Assembly (NCBI GenBank): GCA_907165135.1
Contig: OU015568.1
Span: 9,982,001-10,046,000, forward strand
Reading direction: 5' to 3'
Origin: Oikopleura dioica
Lineage: Eukaryota; Animalia; Chordata
Length of the DNA stretch: 64,000 bases
Shown: positions 1 through 12,547 of the stretch, in pieces
Layout: each line of letters starts with the position of its first letter
Position numbering within the stretch: the stretch's first letter is position 1
Notes under the pieces: generated by a model
The model's input: the letters and a program-made list of their open reading frames with translations, nothing else
What the model was told of the DNA's origin: nothing
The model's database searches: none
Made by a program: the position numbers and the translations under genes

Positions 1-1671
1 TGCGACTTCCTGGTTGACTTCACTCTCTTTTCATTGAAAAATCAGTAAAGCTCCTCTTTGTACTATTTTTCTCGCTGGCGAATCTCGATCACGGCTTTAG
101 AATTTGTGTTTGCGGCTGGCAATAAACTTCCAGTAACCACCGATCGGCAAATATTGACGCCCCTGGTTTGAAATTCTCTAGCTCTAGTTTTCAGTAACCA
201 TCTGTTTTAGAGAGCTTTCGAAACAATCAATTTAGAACATTTTAACGTAAAAAATGTTTCAGAGGTTTCAGAGGAAGTTTTTTCTCATAGCTTGCCTTTA
301 GGTCATGCTGCTTGATCTGCAAAAAAGGGATGAAAAAGTTAACCTTGGTCACGATGCTTTGATGGTGGATCTATCTGAAATCAATTTTTACACGATTGTG
401 AAAAGACCTTTATCTGATTCCTGCCAAGTGTAGTGCATGTTAATTTCCTGTCAGAATATAAAACCAGGCTTATTTTTCCCACTTTCCAACCTTTATAAAA
501 GACAGTTATGCCAGCCCTTTATTTTTAAAGAGCTAGTAATGATGAAAGTATTTTGTTTGGGCGTACCTAGTTCAAGTTTATTTGATTTCTTAGACGTCTA
601 CAAGTTCGACTGGGCAACCGAAAAAGTTCATGAACTGAATCTAGGCTAATTGGGGAGACGATCTTGTCCTTAAATATCATTAACCCAATTTAAAAAAAGG
701 TTGCTATGCAAAGAGCTCAAAATTTGAAATGCCTGGCATCTGCTATCCAAAACTGGGAACGTATATAATTTTCAACCATAAAAATCGATATCCAAAGTCA
801 TCCAAAAATCTGTAGGGTCTTGAATAAAGACTTATACAGATAATGCTCTAGTAGAATATTCTTCAAAAAGTTTATTTTTTCAACGATGTAAACACTCAAG
901 AACATTATCGAGGTTTGCGCAAGTCGGTTCATCACTACTTTTGCTACATTTCCGTGATTTCTTTGGTTTTGTGGGCACAAGTTCTTTTCTTGTAAATTTG
1001 GACTTTTTTTATGAATACATGGGGAAATGGAATTGTTGAAAAGTTTGGTTAATAGTTTCGTTTTTCGGAAGTTTTCTGATGGTCTGAGTGCGCTGCAGGT
1101 CGGTACAAATGGAAAAAGAATCAAACGAATTGGGTTAAATACAGATTTATTCGCGAAGGAAATATTGTATAAGCTAGACGAAGCAAAATGAGATATTTCG
1201 AGTTTAAAAAAAGAAGGTGAATGGCAAGGTATATTTTCAATTCGATGGCAAAACTCTGAAACTAGAGGGAACAACGACTTGTGTTTAAAATTTTGGAACC
1301 ATCGTTTTCCGTTTTTTATATAAGGCGGGTGCAAATTAGAGAGGAAAAAAGTAATAATAAAACGCAACTAACATTTTTACACATTTTTGAATTTTGTTAA
1401 TCTCACCCTCGGCCATTCGATAAGAGAGTGAACGCAATGGAATGAAGCTTGGGTAGGACGATAATTAAACTTTCAGGAAACTGATTTTAGGGGTGCGCCT
1501 GGTTAGAGGGAGTGTCGCTAAAAATCCAAATTTTTTGTAAGTGATCACTTTTCAGTGCTTGTTTTTTCAATAAATCAGGAGGAGATACATGGCTGACTCA
1601 GTCGTCTTTTCTTTCTTGAGATATTAAATTGTGATACTGAGTGATTTTGGTTTTGGACTTTTAGGACAAAA

Positions 1672-4491
<2,820 letters not shown>

Positions 4492-5218
4492 TCTCTACGA
4501 CGTCGAGAATCTAGAATTCTAGCAATAGTAATCTTATAATCTTTTCAATAAAACTTGGCACGGTGCAGTTTTACATAAGAATTTACACACGATAGAGAGT
4601 CACAAGGAAGTCACAAGATGCTGCTGATGTTAGTATGATCGGTCTGAAAACGAGCTGTTTTTAGGACTAGAGAAAGATCAGATAGGCTCATTTTATTACT
4701 GGCATTGAAAATCAAATCGCAAAAAAAGCCTTATCACCTTTTTATCTCTTTACGATAACTAAAATAGAATAGAGGGAAATTGAAGTTTTCGACCCGAAAA
4801 AGCTGTTTTCGCGCATCTGTATCAATTGAAGCTAATTTCTGGAAGCACGAAGTCAAGGATGAACAAGTAATCTCTGGGGATAAAAGTACTAATTCCGAAA
4901 AATCAATTGTCAAAGTGTTGAAAATCCTGGTTGAAGTGAAATGACTCATCTTGTCTCCAAGAATCGATTGGCCGGCGAGTGTCGCTTTGGGAAGATTTCT
5001 GATTTTCAGAATTCCTCTGAAAATTTTACTCTTCGCACTTTTTCTGAAGCATAAGCATATTTTCAGGGGCAGCGCGGCGGGGGATGAAAAATGATTAATT
5101 CGCTGCAGCTTATCTCATCCTTTTCGCAACAACTCATTTTCAAATTTGTAAGAATGATAATTGAAGAAGTGAAGAAATTCTCTCAGAAGCAACAACGACT
5201 AAAATTAGCGCTGGAGCT

Positions 5219-6513
5219 TCAAGGCTCAATTTTATTCTCTCTGGGCGACCATTTATAGCCATAAAGTTTCAAATCTTCTGCATAAAATTCGGCAATTTTC
5301 TCTCGCTGCGAGACGGGCACGTCTTCAAACGCCTTTTCCACAGTTTCCGCTGCCGAGTTTGAACCCTTTGAACATGTTTAAATTATTCCTATTAAACTAA
5401 TAAAAACAGATACCTTCAGGGTTCCTCCAGGAGCCGCGCCAACACATGAGAAAGTCTCGTTTAGCCCAACTTTGCCAGGTTTTTTAAAATTCAATATTTG
5501 GTAACCAATCGAAGAAAATTAACCATTCTGGTTTCAAAACCTTCCTAAATCATTGAAAATCGCCTCCATCTCTTCATTTATATTTTCCACTTTCACAACG
5601 AACGCATCCTTCATCTGGCAAAACGGGCAAAGATCCAGTTGCCTTGCGAAATGAGGATCTGGCACCGAGTTCTTCATCGTTTTCCATCTTTCCCTTTCCT
5701 CAACAAATGCATCAGCCCACTCTTGAAACGAGCATAAGTGAGTGCCTTCCGATTCTTCCAGATTTCTCCGGCAAATTGGCTCAAGCAAACGGCTTTGTTT
5801 GCAAATTAGTCCACCGATTTGTTGGCCTTGAGTTGGTTAGGGCTTGGTTTGTTCAGTAACCCGTTAATTTTGGTTGTTTCCGTAACCATAGACCTTTGAG
5901 GAATTTTTGATTCCACGCGCTCCAGAATCGTATTATCGGGTGCCTAGCAACAACAATTCGAGTTGTTGATGGTGAGTTCAGCAGTCTCAACGCGGGCTTT
6001 CCACTGTTGAACCTAAAGGAATGTAGAAATATGCTTAAAATCTCCCCTTTACCGCTGAAGAAGAGCATTTCTCGTCTGTCCCCAATCATGATCCTCCGCT
6101 TTTGTCCAGAAGTCGTGTGGATTTTGATGCATATGATAGTGCCTCCACCACCAGAAACGAACAGCACTTGAGGCAGATTTGTACGGAGCGCAGATGAGAA
6201 GATCTAGTTGAAGATCTTGCACCCACATCGAGTGGACGGGTTTGGAAAGGGATAGTATGCTTTGTGGACAATTGTTGTAGACTTGGGTTTTCATTGATTT
6301 CAACTCTTCCAGCGCATTTCCGGATGAGTTCGAGTTGGAAACGTAAGCATTACAACCAAATTGCTTTGAAGTATCTATACTCTCTTGAGTTCCGATCGGT
6401 TGTTTTCCAAATTCTAGCTCAAGCGGCTTGATTAAAAATATAAAATAAACTATACATATTGAAAAAACAAATAAGACACAAACAAAAGTCAGAGTCCTAA
6501 CTTCATTTCTCAT
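5219..6513 (-). CDS. Carbohydrate sulfotransferase (CHST / Sulfotransfer_2 family), type II membrane protein
   Basis: N-terminal hydrophobic anchor; 5'-PAPS-like LICAPYKSASS; 3'-PAPS-like VARHPIIRFWSAWNQKF; PHFARQLDLCPFC; C-terminal FYAEDLKLYGY before TGA at 5219-5221. Confidence 0.8.
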
Positions 6514-6752
6514 GAGTTAAGGAAGAATCCCTATCTTTTTCGCATTTCCCTGCAAACCTTTTACATCGCCCCGAGGGATGAACCGCGCGGTGGACAACTA
6601 AAAGTCAACCAAAGACACAGTAGTAGTTTATGTTTTTCTTTATTATAAATATGTACAGGCAGTGGGTTTTCTGACACAATGTGAAAAAAAGCTTTTATTT
6701 CAATAAGAAGCCACGCTCAATAAAATTATTCATTTCAGAAAAATTTGGTCTT

Positions 6753-8430
6753 TTAGAAGTCATCTTCGTCACAAGAAACAATTTCATCGTCTTCGAGGTC
6801 CATCATATCTAAACATAAGAATTAGTCTTCAAGATTATAGATTTTTAGTCTTACCTAGATCAGCAACATCTCGACTCGTCTTCTGAATAAATTTTGGAAG
6901 AAACTTCTCTCCAGAAGGGACTGGAATTTTATTGGTAGTTTCGACGAGCTCCCGAAAATTCATCACAAAGTGCATTTGCGCTGCAGCATCGAATTCGGAT
7001 TTGCTCAGGACCTGCGTAATTAGCTTCGATATATCAGCGGCTGATATTGTGAATTCATAGTCGAGTGGAATGTCAGGTTCTGGCTCAGGCTCTTTCTCGG
7101 GCAAAGGAGGGAATTCGACTTCCGCATCTTCAAACATTTGACGGAGGCGTTTTTCTTGGGGAATGGAAATCATGTCTGCTGTTTCGGGAATGAGAAGAGC
7201 GCGTTTGATTTCGTCTTTGATGATGATCATGCTTCTCAACGTAGCATTGTTTAGACCCAACATTTTCCCCGCCATTTGGTGGGTTAAATTCGGGTCTTTC
7301 GCCTTTTCTTCTTCCCAAAATTTTATCATTTCAGCTTTTTCAGCTAGCGTTATTCTCCTTCGACCGTCACGAACACATGTTCTTGGGCCTTTCTTTCTTT
7401 CGCGTTCTCTTCTTTTCGCTTGGAATTCTTCAACTTCTTGTTTTACATGATCAGCAACAGGCAAATTCGCTTTTATTCTCGCTTTTTTCATTTTGATGCT
7501 GGTTTCAGGAAGAAGTTTTTTGAGACTTCCGAATGTAGGATGTTTCATCGATTCCATAATTTTCGCTCTTTGTTTGAAAATGCAGTGTACAGTGGATGAA
7601 GGAATGTCAAATCTTCTTGCGATCATCGCTGCATTATCTTCTGGATGTTCGTCTTTCCAAAGGAGAATGTCCAGTTTCTGTTGTACGGTCAGACGATTCC
7701 GTTTTCCGCCGTGAGGTCTGGGTTCTTTATCCTTTGTTTCTTGGAGTACTTTGCCATCGGGACCAACAAAAATGGGATGACCTACAGAGGCTTTTTGCAT
7801 AATTCCTTCAGCATCAAGATAATATTGGTGACTGACATTCGACTGTGTGGATTGTACCGAATAATTTCCATCATTCTGGATTTTCGGAGCAATTTTAGGC
7901 GCGATTGGTGCATAACAACTTGAGACATTCAATTTGATGACTTGACTTTTTGAGCTCAATTTGACATCAATGCTCGCTTTGGGTTTCTTTGTCTGTTTTC
8001 TCTCAGTTTTGTAAAATTCTCCATGCTTTATCGAAGCCATTAGTTCTTTTCTTTTGTAGTATATACTTTGAGCTTGATTTCGCGGAATACCGAATCTATT
8101 TGCGACATTTTCCCAAGATTCATTTTTGTGCGCTTCTTTCCAAAGAATAAGATCCACATGAAGTTGCTGTTGAAGAGTGAGTTGCTTCTTTCCTGGAATT
8201 GTTGCCTGCGGTTGTTTATCTACCTCATCTTGGGCTGTACCTTGGGTATCAAGGAGAATTGGAGCGACAATCGAGACTTTTTTAAAATCCTCTTGATGAT
8301 TCAGATGCTGGGGATAGATATTCGTCTGCCCCAAATTAGCCAATTGTTTTTGTTCATCATCGACTTTTGGGGCAATTTTAGGCCGGATTCGCGCGTAATT
8401 ATTCCCGATTCCGATGCCTTTTCTATCCAT
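6753..8430 (-). CDS. Multi-HTH protein with three Psq/CENP-B-N-like helix-turn-helix domains, no DDE domain (paralog 1)
   Basis: 531-aa ORF with three units (QLTLQQQLHVDLILWKE..RFGIPRNQAQSI; RLTVQQKLDILLWKD..RFDIPSSTVHCI; RITLAEKAEMIKFWE..MLGLNNATLRSM). A short terminal exon encodes MMDLEDDEIVSCDEDDF* after a GT-AG intron. Confidence 0.75.
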
Positions 8431-8462
8431 TCTATGATATTCTAGTTATAATCAACAACAAA

Positions 8463-8963
8463 CAAGGTCTCGAATTTGGTGTGATCCGCTGTGCACGAAA
8501 ATATGTCCCCTGAAAAGGCGCACAAAAAGATGTGCGCAGGTTTATTCGATCACAGAGGAACTGTGATCGAGGCTCGATCACAGAGTAGAAATTAAGGCTT
8601 ATTTGGATCACAGATTTTCTGTGATCCAGAATTTCTTTCGCCTGCCACATGAATTTATCACTGAATTTCATTAGGAAAACTATTCATCCCAGGGCCGGAT
8701 GATAGGAATTTTTGATAACGCGGCTGCGACCTCAGAGATGATTCATCAATCCCTCATAATGAAAGCCTGAATTCCCATCCCTAACATTTGGATCACACGA
8801 ATTTTGTGATTGAGAGCTGTGATCGGCCACAGCAAATTTGGCGGTGTGCTCGACTGAATCACAGCCTTTTCTGTGATCCGCGAATCCTGCGCACAACATT
8901 TTGTGCGCCATTTCAGGGGACTCATTTTAGCGCACAGCGGGTCACACCAAATCCGAGACCTAG
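8463..8963. mobile_element. Degenerate non-autonomous MITE with 8-bp target-site duplication (hAT-like)
   Basis: ACAACAAA at 8455-8462 and 8964-8971. Ends CAAGGTCTC / GAGACCTAG. About 75-bp imperfect inverted arms (8466-8540 vs 8886-8960). Internal GATCACAG/CTGTGATC repeats. Confidence 0.72.
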
Positions 8964-9048
8964 ACAACAAAGATTGATTTTTATCCATTTATTCCGCTAC
9001 AGGCAGTGCATCAATCATTTTTACAGTCAACATTCACAGCCGTCATCA

Positions 9049-10010
9049 TCACTTGGGGACCCAAGTCGGGTCACGAGTTATATCTATATTGTCTTCTTCT
9101 TCAGTCTTTTCTTTTTGTTGAGAATCTGAAAAGATTTCAATAGGTTTTAACGCGATTGAAAATTTATATTTTACCAGAATCCTGCAAGAATGATGCTGTG
9201 ATGAACTGAGGAAGTGCCTTGGTCGTTTCAACCAGCTCTCGAAAACTCGTTACGAAACGGAGTTGCTCAGAAGCATCGAATGCGCAGTGACTTAGAACGT
9301 TTGCAACGAGTTTTGAAACTTCTCCGATTGTCATACTCAGCTCCAAATCTGTCGCTTTTCCAGGCTCTGCTTTTGGATGTGGAGTCAAAAACGCGTTTGA
9401 TCACGTCTGCTTGACTGATTATAGTATCTAAAGCAGCGTTGCTTACGCCTATTGCGTCTGAAACCTTCGCCCGGCTTATATTTTGATTTGTGGCAGTTAG
9501 TTTTTCCCAGAATTGGATGATTTCTAGTTTCTCCGGTAGAGTTACTCGCGCTTTTCCAAAACGAACACTTCTCATGATCGATTCCACTCTCGAGCCGGTA
9601 ATTCCAAATCTGCGGCCGATTTCTTTATTCTTGCACTGAGGATTCGCTTCTCGGTAGAGAGTGATTTCTACTTTCTTCTCAAGAGAGATCTTCGTCCGAG
9701 GTGAAACTTTCTTGGCTTTCGTCTTGTTAGCTTTCTTGTATTTTCTTCTTCCCTGGAGAGTTGGAGGGATCGCTTTGATTGGTAAGAGGGCATCCGGAAG
9801 AATTGGAACACGAGGAGCAGTAGTAGCGGGACCGGTATTATCGAGAAAGACTTGTTTTACATTTCCTTGAGCATCGGTAATGAAGAAGTTTTGAGGTCCC
9901 TTGGTATCTACCGCCGGGTCTTCTACATATGAAGATTGCTGTCCATTGTTCTCGATTTTGGCAACAACCCCCGCGTCGTTATCTCCGAATCCGATACCGT
10001 TTCTATACAT
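9049..10010 (-). CDS. Multi-HTH Psq/CENP-B-like protein (paralog 2) with an apparent 1-nt frameshift
   Basis: N-terminus MYRNGIGFG resembles paralog 1 MDRKGIGIG. Two HTH units (KISLEKKVEITLY..RFGITGSRVESI; RVTLPEKLEIIQFWE). C-terminal FVTSFRELVETT matches paralog 1 FVMNFRELVETT but lies in another frame after the A5 run at 9387-9391. Confidence 0.65.
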
Positions 10011-10099
10011 TCTGATGACAAATTGAATAGAGAAAGATTTAATGTATGAAAATATATTTGAAGTATAAAAATAGATCTATGGTAGATTTTGAAAAGGTT

Positions 10100-12468
10100 C
10101 TAAGAATTTTTCTTTTTGGAAGACTGATATTTCGCACCGCGCTCTTTTTCAAGAACAGTGTAGATTCCAGAGGCAGGGACGTTCGTTACAGTTCCAAACG
10201 CACAACTTTCCGACTCAGATTTGAACATTTGTCGCTCTGAATCTCTTGAAAAAGAATTAGGGATGAAGAGAGAGCCAAACTACCGGATATTGTCGAGATT
10301 CCACCGTTTTGATTTGCTGCTTTGCCAGGGAGATTGCTGTACTGAAATAGGAGAAATCACTCTTTTTCGGCTTATCTTCACTTTACCTTCTTCTGGTTCT
10401 TTCCAGACAGGGCCGATTGGTCCGACTTTAAAATTTCTTTCTACGCCAATAAATTCCATGTACTCTTGAATCTTCTCATCCTCAATTTTGTGCGCTCTGT
10501 GAGTACATCCATTATGAGCCATCAGCGACCGGAAGTGCTGTTTCTTCCGCTTGCAGCATAGATAAGTGCCTCCGATGTCTTCTTTTGGGTGGTACATACA
10601 GTTTTGTATGTCCGCTGCCTGAAGAGAAAACAATTACAATTATTCCCTTGCTTTATCACAGACGGCCCCTCTGATTTGACAATCTACAGGCCTGGACTAA
10701 TTTTGAGTCGCGATAGGCAACGTCATAGCAGCGCCTCAGCCAGCTATCAAGAATTCCTATCGTCCGGCCCAAGGATGAAGTTTAAAACGCGCGCAAATGT
10801 GAGCCTTCTGATTTGTGGGCCAGATGATAGGAATTCTCGATAGCTGGCTGAGGCGCTGCTATGACGTCGCCTATCGCGACTCAAAATTAGTCCAGGCCTG
10901 TAAATAACCGATTACGCGTTGAGGCTCGCCTTATGATCAAATCAGAGGAGCGGATGGGCCATCCGGGATGGGGACTCAATAATCGAGGGCGTCTGTGGAA
11001 TTATCGTAAAAACGAAAAAAAGAACGCTGCGAACAGGATTCGAACCTGCGCGGGGAGACCCCAAGAGATTTCTAATCTCTCGCCTTAACCACTCGGCCAT
11101 CGCAGCACGTCTCGCCCACTTTTCAAGTGCTATCTGAAGTGTTACGTATGTTACGAAGTACAAATTTGATAACAAGCGCTTTTATAGAGCAGATGTCGTG
11201 CTGCGATGGCCGAGTGGTTAAGGCGAGAGATTAGAAATCTCTTGGGGTCTCCCCGCGCAGGTTCGAATCCTGTTCGCAGCGATCCTTTTTCGTTTTTTTT
11301 ACAGTAATGCCTTGAAAACAGACGCATGATCAGCTCGTTAAAGTTTGGCGGACGAAATACAGAATTTTGAACTGACCTGAAACTGTATATTGCACACGCT
11401 ACAGCAAAAGACATTCGCCAGTCCCCAAATTCCCCAGTAAAGACGCTGTTTCGTTTCAAACTTGCTCTGCAACGATGGAAGTTCGCTCTCGACAAAGTCC
11501 CATCCAAATTCGATCATGTGATTCCATCGCACATCTCCATTTCTATCAATTTGCGCCTTATTCGGAATACAGGGCAGTGCATATCGATGTTTCCAGGGGA
11601 GTATCTTCGCGCAAGACTTGCACTTGATGAATTTAGTTTCCGCAATGAGCTTTGCCACATGACGGCGGAAAACATCTTCTTTTGCTGAACCATCGGGGAG
11701 ATTTTGCGCTTCGTGCGCAGAAACGTAGAGTTGAACTTTCTTCAGTAAGTCCTTGGATCCTTTTTCGCGGGATTTCGAAAGAGGGTTCAAGTTGATCGAG
11801 TTGTAGAATCCAGCAGCTTTTTGGGCAGCAATATCTGAAACAAAAGGATTAAAATGGCTTTTTAGAGGACTTTTACCGATGAGAGAGGTCATTCCAAGAT
11901 AATTAGCGGAAATCAAGACGGAAACAATATTCGGCTTCGTGATATCAAAAGGCTTATCCAACTCCCTTCGCTTGACCCATTGCATCAGAATCGAGAAGAT
12001 GTCCGTATCACATTGAACACTGATGTCCAGCTCGTTGAGTTCGTCTTCGTTTCTTGGTATCAATTCGTCAAAATACGGCATTTCTTGAACGAGCAAATCG
12101 ACTCCGCAAGAGAAATCTGTCACTTTTTCCCGATTATCGTCGCTGACATGAATTGTTACAATCGGCTTGTCTGTTGATTTAGGCGAGTTTTCCGTAAAGC
12201 TCTTTCTCCGGGAAATGCTTTCTTCTTGAGAAAGAACTGTTTGAACTTCTTGAACTGTCGCTTTTTTCACTCTAGGTGGCTTGGAAAGAATTTCGTCCAA
12301 CAGACCAGTTCGCGATTTTGCAACTTCATAGCGCTTCTGGATATAGCTTCGCTCAAGCATCGGAAAGAGCTTACAAAGCTTCTCAAAGTCAAAGATTTCG
12401 TCATTTTTTATAAGCGCGAAGAGCACATCTTCTAGGATTCGCTCCTGCAATGCGGTCTTGTCTGACAT
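10100..12468 (-). CDS. SANBR: SANT and BTB domain regulator (KIAA1841/SANBR, DUF3342)
   Basis: VTIHVSDD..DFSC..LLVQEMPYF..LDISVQCD..IF..L..WVKR..NIVSVLISANYLGMTSL matches the family BTB-like region. In-frame splice CNIQFQ|AADIQNCMYHP across intron 10619-11376. Last exon ends with TAG at 10100-10102. Confidence 0.88.
10685..10902. mobile_element. MITE with TA target-site duplication (Tc1/mariner/pogo-like)
   Basis: TA|CAGGCCTGGACTAATTTTGAGTCGCGATAGG... with ~75-bp terminal inverted repeats showing 2 mismatches, closing ...CCAGGCCTG|TA. Lies inside the SANBR intron. Confidence 0.85.
11025..11106 (-). tRNA. tRNA-Ser (anticodon AGA)
   Basis: 82-nt cloverleaf: GCTGCGA/TCGCAGC acceptor stem, TGGCCGAGTGG A box, AGAGA-TTAGAAA-TCTCT anticodon arm, long variable arm, GGTTCGAATCC B box, G73 discriminator, downstream T-run. 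Confidence 0.97.
11200..11281 (+). tRNA. tRNA-Ser (anticodon AGA), identical second copy
   Basis: Same 82-nt sequence as 11025-11106, followed by oligo-T Pol III terminators (ccttttt, cgtttttttt). Confidence 0.97.
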
Positions 12469-12547
12469 TCTAAAGAAAAGAAAAGTTGAATTTTGGACTG
12501 GTTCATTTGAATATTCTATGGGGTTTATACAGGCTCTTTCGCGGTTT

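Noticed and set aside
798-1367. 189-aa ORF on the minus strand
   Set aside because: TTG start, AT-rich composition and no recognisable motif; probably a chance ORF.
4734-4949. 71-aa ORF upstream of SRPK
   Set aside because: No motif or consistent exon structure; may be UTR or outron sequence.
10942-11507. ORFs overlapping the tRNA genes
   Set aside because: Translations of tRNA and intron sequence.
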